The notes under the pieces: generated by a model
Told to the model about the DNA's origin: nothing
What the model saw: only the letters and a program-made list of their open reading frames with translations
Databases searched by the model: none
DNA from: the human T2T-CHM13v2.0 reference genome, Homo sapiens
Strand: one strand, 5' to 3'
Assembly (NCBI RefSeq): GCF_009914755.1
Contig: NC_060938.1
Length of the DNA stretch: 64,000 nucleotides
Program-made: the position numbers and the translations under genes
Part shown: in pieces, positions 28,415-46,181 of the stretch
Numbering within the stretch: position 1 is the first letter of the stretch
Layout of the letters: every line of letters starts with the position of its first letter

Positions 28415-29599
28415 TTTCCCTGTTTAGCTAAGAAAAACCCTCATGGTCTACCCATGCTTACCTTTTTAGCCTAATTGTCACTTTTTCACACCAACTGATG
28501 GCCATTTCTACTTGCTCTTTTATACATCCATATTCTTACAAACTCCCCTTCTTTTGGAATGGCCTTCAATCCATCCCTAAATTCTTCTAGCTTTGTCCTT
28601 CCTCCTCTATCCTAGATTAGAAAGAGGTACTCCCAGCCCTTCTTTTATCCCTCAGTCTAATTTAGATTCCCAGATTGTATAATTGCCTGTTTACTAATTT
28701 GTGCTTTCCAGGTTGGCTCTTAAGAGTAGATACTTTGTTATGTTCATCTTTGTCAGTATCAAGAACCTACCACATGGTAGGCACACACACGGAAACATGC
28801 ATTGAAAAAAATGAGATTGTGTTTGTAGCAAGTCCTAGTATCTTCCAATAAATCTGTTCTCTCATCAGTCTAAATTGATATTTTCCTTCTTGCAGATCCA
28901 ATTAATTTTGTTATTATTAGGACCATTTTCAAACTAATTCTCTACTCATTTCTTTTAGGTTAATTTTGACTACCTTCCTTACCTTCTTGACTCCTCCCCG
29001 ACCTACCCACTCTGTTCTGGCAAACAGTATCTTACATACTGTCTTATACTATGGCAGTTGCTTTAACCCTGGCTTATGTCCTGGCCACCCCCCCACCGCC
29101 CCCCACCCCCACCCAGAGTGAAGTATTGGTACTTACTAAAAGCTGCCCAGGTAATTATAATGTAAAGTCATGATTGCAAATTACTGGAGAAAACCATTAT
29201 CTGGGTGAAAAACTTAAAATCATTTTGAGACTTTCTGATGATTACCTGACAATATCAGGACATTAACATGGATAGAAAACATGGGAAAGGAAAGACAAAA
29301 CATCTTGGTGAAGACTTACCTTTTCACTGGATTTTTCTTTGCATATCATCTACATTGCATTTGTCTCTTTACAAAAAAAAATCAAAACATGTTATGTGAC
29401 TCTATATAATATTTTTGAAGTGACAATTTTAGAATGGAGAACAGATTAATGAGGCAGGGTTTAAGAGGTATGGGTAGTTATAAAAGGGCAACATAGGGGA
29501 TCTTCATGGTGATATAATCATTGAGTATCTTTTCTGTGGTGGATACATGAACCTACACAGGCAGTAAAAATGTACTGAATTAAATACACACGTACATAA

Positions 29600-29917
<318 letters not shown>

Positions 29918-30069
29918 AGAAATTTTTTAAGAGTGTTAAATGAAAGGAAATTGAATGAGAGTGTTTTAAAAGAAAAACAAAAGCCTATTTTAACATGAAT
30001 AGCACTCAATTTCTGTGGTTAGAGCCCAGTCTTAGTTTAGAGACAATGGAGAGTATCTTTTTTCAATAG

Positions 30070-30462
<393 letters not shown>

Positions 30463-30942
30463 TGAGCTTGGTTTCTTTTCCTAAAACAGTTCAGTGAAAG
30501 TAGAAAGAGCACTACAGTTTGAGACCTAAGCCAGAGGCTCAGATGTAAGCCCTTTAAGCTCCGGCCATGGCAGGTCAAAAAATTATTTTATCCTGCTCCT
30601 TTCTATAAATGGAGCGAATTAACAACCTTCTTCACATGGTGGTTGTGATGAATAAGCAGTTTGCTTTGTAAATAGATAAGCAAGTACAAATAATTATTAT
30701 AATTTTTCTCTATAATTTGTCCTTTTTTGTTTTTTATTGATGTCCCTCCAGCTCACAGCACTCTACTCTTTTATGAGAATGTTCTCAATTTATCTGTCTG
30801 CTTTTCTGCAAAGATGCCCTCCTTGGCCTAATGTCATGTTGAATTTCTGTATTAAAAATTTCTGGAGTGCATGTGTGTGTGAACTTAAGAGAGACTACCT
30901 GAATAGCATTCTCTAACCCGGTTGTCCTTTCTGCTTCTGTAG

Positions 30943-30981
30943 GGGAAACCCAAGAAGAAGCTTATTGACAGGAAGAACACG
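30943..30981 (+). CDS. TTLL5: Putative alternative cassette microexon of TTLL5 (39 nt): (R)GNPRRSLLTGRT(R)
   Basis: Branch-point-like CTCTAAC (30911-30917), pyrimidine tract, ctgtag|GGGAAAC...AACACG|gtaatt; phase 2-2, in frame between exons 18 and 19. I recall a similar peptide in mouse Ttll5. Confidence 0.8.
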
Positions 30982-31749
30982 GTAATTGACTTTTAAAAGT
31001 TGAGAAATGCTTTCCATGTGCATAATGTGTGACCATGCACAGACTAAGCATAATACCTTATATAACCATTTTTAGTTTGGTTCAGCTTGAATAGTAACAT
31101 AAAAATTTTTTCTATTGAAAAAGTGTTTTGTCGCCACTTTTTACAAGCTAAGTTTGAGATTTACTTCACTATAACTACAGGTATACTATTCTAACTGAAG
31201 ATGGTATTCTCGTTTAGCTGTGTGAGAGAGAGTATTAATGAGATTTTGAAACTACTGTCATGTTAGATTCAAGTACAGAGTTTGTGTTTTGGCCTTGACA
31301 TACCTGAGGCACACAGCTCTGTGCCTCATGGTACAGAAGAGAACCTGTTTCTAGTTTGCCACAGAACTGAAAGTATACAAAACACCTGTGGACTTTCATT
31401 TAGGCAGAGAGCCCTTTAAAGCATAAATCTAATTTTTCTTTAAAGAAGGAATACATTATGATTGCCATTTAGTTAAGGGAAAACTGAGATAAATCAAGTT
31501 TGTAGCTTGTTTCCAAATAGAAAGTCACACTTGGTGTATAAGTTTTCTCCAGTTTTGAGTCAAGAAATATGCTTCCTATAACATACTGCTGTTAACTTGG
31601 AAATTGAGAAAAAAGAAAAAAATCTTAAACATTAAGAATAAATGAAGAGCACTGAGTTCTGTTGTTCATTTTTTGGCACTCATTTTATATTGCCATCAAT
31701 AGGGATTTTGGGCCCTGTAGAGGTGTAAGCAGATGCAAGCTGGCATATG

Positions 31750-34700
31750 ATAGACCATATGCTGGAGCATGAAACAAGTCCTAATATATTTAAAAGGATT
31801 AAAATGATACAGAGTATGTTCTTTGGCCCCAGTAGAATTGAATATCAATAACAATAGAAAATCTTCACATATTTGGGAATTAAACATTTCTAAATAATCC
31901 ATGGGTAAAAGAAGAAATCATGAGGAAAATTAGAAAATACTTTGAACTGAATGATACTAAAAATATGTCAAGATATGTACGCTACAGCTAAAGTAGTGCT
32001 TTGGGGGAAATTATAAGTTTAAATGCTTACCTTGGAAAATTGAGGACTGAGATCACTGTTCTAATGTTTGTTTTAAGAAACTGAAAAAAGTAGAGTAACT
32101 CCAAAGTAAGTGGAAGAAAGGAAAGGCAGAAATCAAATAAAAAACAAACAGTAAAGAATGTTAACAAAATCCAAAGTGTGTTCATTGATAAGGTAGCATA
32201 ATTGATAAACCCTTAGGTAGACTGATCTAGAATAAAGAGAAAGGACACTAATTACCAATATCATCAGATAGAAAAGAGAGGATTTCACTATAGATTCAAC
32301 AGACATAAAGTGGATGCTAAGGTGCGGAAAAAGGATATTAAGGCAATATTATTAGCAACTTTATTCCATTACTTTGACAGCTTAGTTGAAATGACAATTC
32401 TTTGTGGTGGTGGGAAAGTTGGGGGCAACACCCAAACTGATACCAGCTGAAGTAGAAATTTTGAAAAGCCCTGTATCTGTTGAGAAAATTGAAATTGTCC
32501 TGAAAAACTTTCCTATAGAGAAAACTCCAGGCTCACTGGTTTCACTATTGAATTCTGTCAAGCATTTGAGGAATAATAACACCAATCTTATACAGATTCT
32601 TTTAAGAATATAGGAAGGGACACTTCCCAGTTCATCTTACGATGCCAGCATGACTATGATTCCAAAACCTGACAAAGACATTAAAATAGAAGAAGAAGAG
32701 AAAATTACAGGCTAATATCCTTCATGAACATAGACACAAAATTTCTTAATACTAGCAAATCTAATCTGCCATTATAAAAAGGATAATACATATGACTGAG
32801 ATTTTCCCCAGTATTGCAAGGTTGGCTTAACATTTGAAAATTAGTCATTGAAATTCACCATATTAATTACAGGGGAAAAACTAGATTATCATTTCATTAG
32901 ATATCCCAAAAAAGCAACTGATGAAATTCAGCACATATTTATGAGAAAAACTCAGCAAATCAGAAATAGAAGGAAACTTCATTGATAAAGGCCTTATATG
33001 AAAAACCTCTTGCTATCATCATATTCAGTAAAATATTGAAGGCTTTTTCCATATGATTTGTAATAGGGCAAGATGTCCACTCATACCACTTTTATTCACG
33101 TTGTACATTAGTATAGTAAAGCAAGGCAGTGAAAAAAGAAATGCACACAGATTGGAAAGGAGGAAGTAAAATGTCTATTTTTGGATGACACGATCAGGTT
33201 AGTAGAAAATCCTAAGGCATCTGTAACTACAAGAACACAGAAGTGAACTTAGCAAGGTCTTAGGATACAAGATCGACATACTAAAATCGATTGTATCTTA
33301 ATGTACTAGTAGTAAATAATTGGAAAATGAAATTTTAAATTATATTTACAACAGCATTTGAAAATATGAAATACTTAGGAATAAATTTAACAAAACATGT
33401 TCAATACCTATACAGTAAAAACTATTAAATATTACTGAAAGAAATTAAAGAAGACCTAAATAAATGGAGAGATATGCCATATTTGTTGATTAGAAGAATT
33501 CATATAGTTAAAATAGCCATTTTCCTCAAATTGATATAAAGATCCAGTGCAATTTCAATCATTATTCTGGTAGATTTTTTTAAAAGGAACAGACCAACAT
33601 TTAAAAATTTATATTCAAATACAAAGGACTCAGAATATCCAAAGTAATCTTGAAAAAGACTTAACGTACTTGACCTAAATACTGTAATTCTACAGTATTC
33701 AAGATATTGGCAAACTGATCACATTGAAACAGAATAGGAAGCCCAGAAATAGACCCACATTTATATGGTCAAAGTAATCCAATGGTGAAAGGAAATTATT
33801 TTTTAAAAATGAGGATGGAACAACTGAATATCGTATTTTTAAAAATGAACCCCAACCGCTGTTTCCCATAGAAATTAGAGATGATTCATAGATACAAAAA
33901 TGATTACTATAAAACTTATTGAAGAAAACATAATATCTTTGTGACTTTGGGCTTGGCAGTGTTTTTAGACATGACACAGAAAGCAATAAAAAACAAATAA
34001 TGTTATATTTTCTCAAGATTAAAAACTTCATTATAAGATACTGTTAGGAAAATGATTTGGCAAGCCACTGACTGAGTGGAAATATGCATCAAACATATCT
34101 GTCAAAGGATTGATATCTAGGAACTATCAAGAACTCCTACAACTCAATAATAAAAAGACCATCAACCCAATTACAAAAGGATAAAATATTTGAACAGACA
34201 CTTCAAAAGGAAGATATATGAGTAGCCAATATGCTTATGAAAATGTGCTTAACAACATTAGTTATCAGGGAATTACAAAGTAAAACCACGTTATACCACT
34301 GAACATCTAGCAGAATGGCAGATATTATACTGACAATACTAAATGGTGGTAAGGATGTGGAACTAACAGAACTGTGATAAATTGTCGTTGACAGTGTAAA
34401 CTGGTACAAGCACTTTAGGAAGAGACTGGCAGTTTGTTAGAAATATACAAATTTCACTTTGAGATCTACACAGAAGAAATAAACATAATCACAAAACAGC
34501 TTGTACAAATAGGTTCATAGTAGCTTTATTCATAATGCTCCAAAACAGGAAACAACCTAAGTGTCCAACAACAGAGCAGATAACTGTGGGTTATTCAGAC
34601 AGTGACCTACTGCTCAGAAATAAAATGGGATAAATACTGACACACACAAGAGTGAATCTCAAAAGCATGCTGAGTGAAAGAAGCCTTATACAAAACAGTT

Positions 34701-35225
34701 CATACTGTATGGTTTCATTTTTATGAAATTCTGGAACAGGCAAAAGTAATACATGATGAAAAATTTACAACAGTGATTGCCTTTAGGACGTTAGGGAAGG
34801 ATTGACTGGATAGGAGTGGGAAGGGGCATGAGAACTTCTGAGTTGATACTAATATTAAGAGTTTAGGTTATATAGCTCTAGGCATTTGTCAGAACGCATT
34901 AAGTGGACATTTAATATTTGGATATGTCACTGTATGTAACTTTTAGCTTACCCAACACAGTTCTATAAAACAATTATTGAACTCTAGATAGTAATGATAT
35001 GCATGTTGAAATGTTTATGAGCAAAATGTACTGATGTCTCTAACTTTGAATTGCTTTAAAAATTAGATAGACTGATGGATGAAGGATATATGATTGGATA
35101 TATACGTGACGAAACAAAATATAGTAAAATGTTAATTGTAGAAACTAGGTGGTAAGTAGGTATATGGTTGTTCACTGTACAATTCTTTAAACTTTTGTTT
35201 AAATATTTAAAAAAAAAATGTTGGG
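31750..35225 (+). mobile_element. Degenerate L1 (L1M) ORF2 to 3'UTR, ~3.5 kb
   Basis: ORF 32404..32613 (EILKSPVS.EKIEIV.KNFP..KTPG) plus continuous ORF2-like DNA (CCAAAACCTGACAAAGACA, GGATACAAGATC, AAATACTTAGGAATAAATTTAAC); many stops. Confidence 0.88.
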
Positions 35226-35655
<430 letters not shown>

Positions 35656-36362
35656 CTAGGATACAGTGATACAAGACAAACATGGTCCTTGCCCTCATAG
35701 AACTATTATTCTGGCTTATCAGATTCATATTTTACCCAGCATTCCCTATCCTCTATCCCTTGTACTATTTAGGATTTATCTGTTTATCCAGGGTCTCTTG
35801 GTTCTTAGTTGTTATTTTAAAATATCTTTAGAGAAAGAGATTTGTAGTAGCTTCTCCATATCTGTGAGCTTTTAGCGTTCATGTTTTCAGAAGTTTATTT
35901 TTTGAGTTTTTGTTGATAAAAAGAAATCTTTTTTTCCTAAAGAATGGAGTTCTTGACAATGTAGACGGTATAATGTAGACAATATAAACTCTTGTTTATA
36001 TAATGAACAGTGGTTCGTGAACGTAAACACTGGGCTTTAACTTATTAGGGTGTTGAATTAACTTCCACTCATTTAATTAGGATGATCTCAAACATTAGAT
36101 TGTCTCCAATCACATTAAGTTTTTAAGAGACACGTCATTGGAGAGAGAGTTTGTGTGTTTATGAGATAATGATGTCGGTGTTAAGCTATGCCCATGTTTG
36201 TCCATATAGTTATCAAATTTGACCAAGTTTAAAAAAAAATACAAAATTGACCAAGTTAGCCAGACATTATTGAATAAATGGTTTAAATGATTTTATCTTT
36301 CTATCAGATTTGTTTTATTTTCTTTATTATTGAATTGGCTAAAAGTTTATTTCTATAGCTCT

Positions 36363-36365
<3 letters not shown>

Positions 36366-36400
<35 letters not shown>
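36366..36400. repeat. (TG)n microsatellite
   Basis: Perfect TG run. Confidence 0.97.
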
Positions 36401-36403
<3 letters not shown>

Positions 36404-37705
36404 CTTTGGGACTCTGATAAAATACATTGGAACCATTTTTAAAGTTCATTGATTTGCTTCCCATTTCTGCTCCCAGTGCCAGGACCTTCCTGTTTTTGGC
36501 TCTTTGTCTTACTCTGGAGAGAAGGCCTCCAAAAGACTTACCATCCATTCCATCCACCCAGAAATCCCTATCAGAAAGGTCCTAAATAGACCAAATGACA
36601 CAGCCTTTTTATTATACTCAGAGACTGAAAACTCCCAGAGGAGTTAGGATGATTTCTTGACCTCAAAGGGAACACACTTTGAGTTCTAGAGAGTTCAGAG
36701 CCAACCAATTAGATATTGCGTTTGAGCGTAGAGAGTTGGCTACATGCTTTCAGTCACTGATATAGATACTGCTTTTCTGACCTGGTGACCCAGAGCCCTC
36801 TCTTTGGTGACTTGGTTATGGCTGCCTCTCTTGTATTTTGCTCAGTCCTTGTCTAGACTGGGCCTCATATCAGTCACTGCCTGATTTGTGATTTGTGTTA
36901 CTTTAATGCCTAATGTAGCTGGTGCCAGCCCCCTTTCCACATCCCATTTCTCATTCTTGACTTGATGTATTTAGCCTTGTCCTATCTCTGCTGCCTTCCC
37001 TTGTCTGTGCCTCTGACTGTAACTCCAGACCTGTACTTAACGCCTGTAAAGTCCCTGCCACCTTGCTCCACCTTCTCCTGTATATAATCAGGATCTTAAA
37101 GGAGGGTGGGTGCCTTGGCATTTCCTCATGTTGGGATGCTTGAGACTTGGTGAGTCCCTAGGGCTTGGTGACTTTTCACTAAGACACTTCTATGCGTCTC
37201 AGTCAACTCGGTGCTCCCTCACGTATTCACAGATCATCAGCCTTTGTTCCCCTCATCTGAACCTCTGCTAAATCCATATTGTTTAGATTTTATATACATT
37301 CAAAAGAATATTTATAAAATGCTGAGTAAGTTATAATGGGTAGAAATGAAACAAACACCATTTGCCACCACTCAACTTAAGAATTAAGATATTGTCGTTT
37401 TTAAGGTATAAAGTATTTTAAGGTATAAGGTGTTGGGTGGCACTTTATAATCCCTGCAGTAAAGTAATAATCAGTATCACTGAACACTTAAAGGTCTTAA
37501 ACATTGTCTTTAGCTGCATATTTTTTTAGAACATTTAATAAATTCAAATGGGTCACTAGTGAGGTTTTAACGTAGATTCTAGTGTTCCTCTTTATCTGTC
37601 AAACTTTTAGAATTCACTTGAGTTACCATGTCCAGTATGTCAGCATTATGGAATTCTGGGAAGCTTAGCCTTGGAATGAAGGAGAGAACTTTCTGAAGGC
37701 CATAG

Positions 37706-37897
<192 letters not shown>

Positions 37898-38694
37898 TGA
37901 GCTTTCACCAAACTCCCTTATCTGGATCCTGCCAGACTGAGTTAACCAGCTGCTTACTCAGTATTTCATGAGTCAGAATCTTCCTGATCACATACACCTT
38001 TTTTATATAGTTTTTTCTCTGAAACTTAATTTCAACAAAGTCTTAAGTTTTTAAACCTTCCACTCTATAATATTTGTATTGAAGACTATCTGAAACACAT
38101 ACATTTTGGCCTTTGCTCTTATGTCAGCATCATACAAATACCTGATACTCTAGAAATAATATTAGCCTGAGTTTAATGGAATCCTGAGCATTACTGTTCA
38201 GGTTTTTTATAATTAGGTAAGTTCAGTTCATTCTTTAACATTGCTGAATGGCATAAGTATTTTAGATAAAGTGGAATTTCTTTCTCTCCTAGCTTCTACA
38301 ATGTTGTAGGTCTGTTTATAATTGACTGATATACTGATTTCCTTTTTTTCTCTCCTTCCCTCCTGTGAACGTCTGTGTCAGGCAGTGTGTTAGTCACTGA
38401 GGTTTTGCTGGTAAATAAAAAAGATATGGTCTCTGTCCTCATAGAACTTACAAGGCGATAGAGAAGGATAATGAATAAACATAGGATAGAAAGATATTCC
38501 CCTGTTCTTTATACCTCCGTGAAGGGTGCTTTTTAAAAAATCTCTAATACACTGTAGAAATTACTAAGCCAAGGGTTTTTTGTTTTTTTATTTTTATTTT
38601 TTGCCTTAAGTTGTGAGAGAGTGATGATGAGAGTATGATGAAAAATGTATACTTTAATGAAGATTATTAATAGGTTTTAGAATATGTAACATTA

Positions 38695-39012
38695 GGCCAG
38701 GCATGGTGCCTCATGCCTGTAATCCCAGCACTTTAGGAGGCCAAGGTGGGCGAATCGCTTGAGCCCAGGAGTTCGAGACCAGCCCAGGCAATCTGGCAAA
38801 ATCCTGTCTCTACAAAAAATACAAAAATTAGCTGGGTATGGTAACATGTGCCTATAGTCCCAGCTACTTGGAAGGCTGAGGTTGGAGGACTACTTGACCC
38901 CAGGATGTCGAGCTGTAATGAGCCGAGATCCTGCCACTGCCCTCCAGCCTGGGCAACAGAGCGAGACCCTGAATCAAAAAATGATAATAAATGAAAACAA
39001 AAATAAATAAAA
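38695..39012 (+). mobile_element. Alu (J-type)
   Basis: Alu dimer with J-type GAGCCCAGGAG and A-rich tail. Confidence 0.93.
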
Positions 39013-39081
39013 GAATATATGAGATTAGAGAGTGACATGTGGGTGCTATTAATTCTGTGCCTTGTTTGTGGTTTGGTTTAG

Positions 39082-39579
<498 letters not shown>

Positions 39580-39995
39580 TAATATTTACAGAAGTCCTAT
39601 GAAATAATGACTGTGATTAGATACTGTTATTATTAAGGAAACTGAGCCTTAGAGAGGTTAGGTAACTTGTCTAAGGTAGAGCTATGATACAAACCCGGGT
39701 CTCATTGGTTGGGCATTTGTGTCAGTCACTGAGTATAAGGTAACTGGGACAAGGAGCTCAAGCAGCTCGTCGTTTAGTATCAGAGACAGAGAGCTCAGGC
39801 CATGGCCCCACTATGAACAAAGTGGTCTTAGGACACAGAAAAAGAGTGATTGGTCTGGCTTGGGAGGGCTAGAAAGGCATTATGGATGAGGGAAAATTTG
39901 AATCAGGCCTTGACAGATGAGTAGGGTTTCAGGAGCTTTGGGAAGTGATGGTTAAATGTGGGAGTGCTAGGTAGAGGCAATAAAGACGTAGAGGT

Positions 39996-40293
<298 letters not shown>

Positions 40294-43009
40294 AGACATA
40301 GAGGTGTGATAATACAGTCATTCATTAAGTCCCTCAGTGAGTTTTTATTGAGCACCTGCCCTATGCCAGTTGTGCTAGGCCATATCACATTACTGTGGGG
40401 ACCAAGATAGGCCTGGAGTTTACAGTCTAGTGGGGAAGAATGACAGTTAACAAAGAAACAAGGTCATTTCAGGTCGTGAGAAATGCTGTCAGGACAATAA
40501 GATGGTGTAATGTTAGAATGTAATTGGGCAGAGTTACTTAATTGCAGTGATCTGGCATGAAGAGGTAACCTTTGAGGTAAGTCCTGAATGATGAGGAGTC
40601 AGTCGTGTGAATAGTAGGAGGCAGAATACTCCCAGCAGAATAGCAAGTACAAAAGCCCAGACATCGTAATGAGCTTGGTGTGTTTACAAAATACAGACTA
40701 GAGGAATTATATAAGGAGAAGAGCATGGTAAGAAATGAGACTAAAAAATTGGATGTTGTTAGATTGTGAAGGGCCGTAAGAGGAGCCTAAGCTTTATTTT
40801 CTAGATGACTTTTAAGCAGATAAATGATACGGTGAGATCTTGTTTTAGAAAGTAAATCGTGCTTGCATTGTGGGATAGTGAAACTAAAGGCAGGGGGGTG
40901 AGTTAGGGACTGTTAGAATTGTCCAGAGCCAGGAAGATGAAGGCCTTGATCAGAGTAATGGCTTTAGGAGTGGAGAGAATGGGATGGACTTAGTAAAATT
41001 TGCAAAGTAAAATTGATGAGACTAAGTTTTTCACATTTGGAAACTTGGTGGTGCCTTTGGTCAATATAAGGAACATAGGAGTTGGTTTCATGTTAAAAAC
41101 AATGAGTTTGATTTAAGATGTAGTAAGGAAGAAGGGTTCTGGGCTAAAGTCCAATAGACAGGTGGACAGCTTTGTTGATCAAGGTTGAACAGGATTGTAT
41201 AGTTGGTAGGTAAAGTCTTGCGAATGGATAAGATTGTTCACAAATTTATTTGGTTCAGCAAGGATAAAAAAAGAATTGAGCCCTGGGGAATACCACTGTT
41301 CAATGGGTAAGTCAGTAAAAAGGTCAAGATGTAGCAGTTAGAGCAATAGACATAAGATCAGGAAGGAGTAGTATGGTAAAAGCTGCAGAATGAGCATTTC
41401 AGGTCTGTAGAGCCTCAAACAGCCCTAGTTAGGATGAATAGTGAAAAGAGACTTCTGGATTTGTGACCTAGGGCCAACTGAGTAGGTGGAAGACCAGTTG
41501 TGAGTGGAGAAAATAAGAAAGCAAGTGTGAACTAACTGTCTAAGGGTTTGGCAATGAAAGGAAGGTAAGAATGCATCAGGGAGACAGCCAGCTAAAAGAA
41601 ACGGATTTTTTTTTTTTCTTTTGAGAAGAGGTTCTGGAGGTTGTTTATAGACTAAGGGGAAGGATTTGAGGATAAGAGGATTAGAAATGCAGAAATGGAC
41701 ATATTGGTAGAGAAGAGTACTAAAGGAAGGTGGGAAGAGGCCAGAGGAGGGAGTATCTCTTCCTATCAGTCAGAAAGAAAGTGCTATGGGATGAATGAAG
41801 TTGACAGAAGTTTAAGAGCAAGGAAGTTTAGCCGTTTATGCATGATAGTCTTTATTTCTAAATTAGAGGCCAGTTCTTATACTGAAAGGCTGGAGGGTGA
41901 CATTGGAGTAGCAGGGGATAGAGTTAAGGTTTGGAACAGTGTCATGGAGAATAAGAATAGTTCTGTCAGTGGAGAATAGAATATGCTAAACTCAGTCAGA
42001 AGACCTGAGCTCTGGCTGTTTTAGTGCTACCAACTGGCCGTGTGGTCATAGACAAGTCAAAGAGCTTCTATAGGCCTCAGTTTCCTTTTCTGTCAATCCA
42101 AGATGTGGAGTTAGACAAGTGTTTTTTCAAACTTCTTCCTAGAGGGAAAGAAGATTTCACTGAATTGAAAATAGAGCATTTGAAAACCACTGGACTGTAT
42201 TCTAAGGTCCTTTCCAGCAATAACATTCTGCTTAGTTGTTGTAGAAATAAATTATTTCTTCATGAATCTTGTGGCTCTCGCTTTGAATGAGTAAACTGTT
42301 AAAATTGCAGGCTGCGTTAGTGTCAATCAGTGGTTTTCAGACTGTGTTCCCTAAAGCTGCTCATTGTTCGGTGAAGTGTCTCAGAGGCTACTTAGGGGTT
42401 TGGGGAAAGTCCACGCACAGCCAGGGTTCAAAACTCTAAGGATCGCGTCATTGTTGCATATCTTATATACTGAGCATCTGCATAACCTTTTGTTTTTTAA
42501 AATAGGTTTCTTTGGTTTTTATTCTTTCTGGTTTTTATTCTTTCATCTTTTGGGGGGTTTGTTGCAAGTGACTAGCTGAACAATGTGTCCAATACCTTAG
42601 AGACAGTCTCAGAATTAACATTCGTGACGTTTATGGAAATGGAAACCTCAATATTTGTTCATTTGCTTTGCAACAGTGATTCACAACAAAACAATGATTG
42701 AAGTCTCAACTTATGAGCAATAATCCCCTTATTTAAAAGATCTTCAAGTTTTAGTATAAAGGGATGAATCCGTGGAATTGGATATTCTGCTACATTTGAA
42801 GGTGTCTGAAACATGCTATTTCTTGCTCATTATATTGTAGGTGAATTTATTGACCCAAACTGAGGATCTTTTAAATTTATTTTGACTTGAGAATAATTTG
42901 TTGTGGAGACAAAGCTTATAGGATTGATTCAGGGTAAAGTGATATATGCTCTCTGGGTAAACAAGAGTATAATTATTGTCTTTGAGGAACAGTTGAAAAT
43001 GTACATTTA

Positions 43010-43344
<335 letters not shown>

Positions 43345-44255
43345 TTATGCTCCCATAAAAACCATCCCTGCTAGTAACAAAGATGTAGCCTTATTCTTAG
43401 TTCATGTTCTGAAGCTCTTATGTATTAAACTCTCAAAAGCAAATCTTCTCCCCAGCCTGACTCCCTTGCCCTCCAATTCTCCAACATACACATGGAAGCT
43501 AGACTGGAGCCCTCTTAAGATGTGCAGCTTACTTTAGCCAAATCCTACCTCCTAACCTTGTGAAAACAGTCAGTAGAAAGCATTCAGTGATTGCATTTGT
43601 GGGGATTGTAAACAAAGTTTGTGTTGGGCCCTAATCTTCGCTGATATAATTTTGGCTACAGTATCAGAAGGCCGATCAGCTGAAGTAACCAAAATCTGGC
43701 CTGAAAGAAAACAGATCTGCCATGAACAGCAGCTGAGGTGAAAATCATCAGTGTCTCTCTGGTACTTCTGTCTTCCAAACTATAGCTTGATCAGATTTCC
43801 TTATTTCCAGCCTAGGCCACCAGGCAGAAAATAGCTGCGTTCTTTAATGATGTTGCTAAGGTGCTTTTCACAAGACTTGAGGATTTCTTTCGCCCACTGA
43901 ACATCTGGGCTTGTCCTGCCTGGCCCATCAGTTCATCTGTGCCAAACTCTGTTGGACCTCCCTCATTTGCTCTGGGCTCCAGCCATTCCATCTTGTAGTT
44001 GAGAACAGTGTGGCCTTAAATTTGGTCTTAAGAGTCCCTTTATAGGATTTATCTATTTCCTGCTTTGGACACTTTTATATACTAGAAATATTAATTGCCA
44101 TTGCAAAATCCACACTTTTGCTTTTGTACTAACTGATAAGTTCTTATGGACCTCCAAATGTAAAAAACATTTTCTCATTAATACAGTGGTTTTTGTGAAG
44201 ATTGAGTACTTCTCCTGTCTGTTCCCCCAAGAAAGTTGTTAAAAAGTTCAAAGAG

Positions 44256-44552
44256 GGTCAAGCACAGTGACTCAGGCCTATATGTAATCCCAGCACTTTG
44301 GGAGGCCAAGGCAGGCGGATCACTTGAGGCCAGGAGTTCGAGACCAGCCTGGCCAACATGGTGAAACCTCGTCTCTACTAAAAATACAAAAATTAGCTGG
44401 GTGTGATGGTGTGCACCTGTAAGTCCAGCTAGTTGGGTGGCTGAGGCACAAGAATCACGTGAATCCAGCAGGATGGAGGTTGCGGTGAGCTGAGATTCCA
44501 CCACTACACTGCAGCCTGGGTGACAGAATGAGACCTTGTCTCAAAAAAAAAA
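44256..44552 (+). mobile_element. Alu (S-type)
   Basis: Alu dimer; TSD AAAA(G/T)TTCAAAGAG. Confidence 0.93.
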
Positions 44553-44822
44553 TTTCAAAGAGAAGGAGTAAGAAATCTAATTTTCTATTCTTCTTTTTTT
44601 CCCTTATGCTAATAATGAGAAAATAAATAGGATTCTCCATCTCTGATTCTTTTAATAGGAAATTTAAAAAGAAAAACCTTCATGTACTGCTTAGAAGGAA
44701 TCCTTATTCACAGGCTGTAAGATGGGTTTCATATTTCTTAGCCATCATAATAGAAGCATCCTCAAAGGCCACTTGGAGAGAAGCAAGTACACATTTTGTA
44801 GTTTTACACTTCTGTCACATAA

Positions 44823-45161
<339 letters not shown>

Positions 45162-45719
45162 TGAAGCAAATCTTTGACCTGGAGCTATGTTCATTACACC
45201 ATGTAGTGAAGGCATCAATGTATTTCATTTTGAATTGGAAATTGATTTCTCATTGGACGTGAAGCCCTGTGCAAAGCCCTTTAAAAGAATAACAATTTAC
45301 AGTCTTTTCTCAAGCAACCTCACATTATTAACTCTGAGGTAGGCATTATCATCCCTGTTTTACAGAAGAGCAAACAAAGACCTCGAGAAGCCAAGGTTCC
45401 ACAGGTTATACGTGATGAAACCAGAACTTAAACTCAGATGTACTTTACTTGCTCCTCCATTGCTTTCATGCATTGTAAAGCATTTATTTTCTGTCCTGAG
45501 GAGTCAAATTAGCTCTTTGAAAGTCATCACCTTATCATAGGCCCTGTCAGAATATACCATCCTCCAAGTTGGTATTTTTTACTTTACTAGTTGTAACCTC
45601 TTAAGATTCTTAGATTGCTAGAATCAAACTTGTATAATCATTTTTACTGTATATCAGTCATTTGAACATTCCTGGGATTCAGTATTCTAGGACAGTTTTG
45701 TGTGTGTGAATCAGAATGA

Positions 45720-46181
<462 letters not shown>

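Noticed and set aside
31750-35225. L1 ORF2-like peptides suggesting an active reverse transcriptase
   Set aside because: Fragmented by stops and frameshifts; an ancient, inactive copy.
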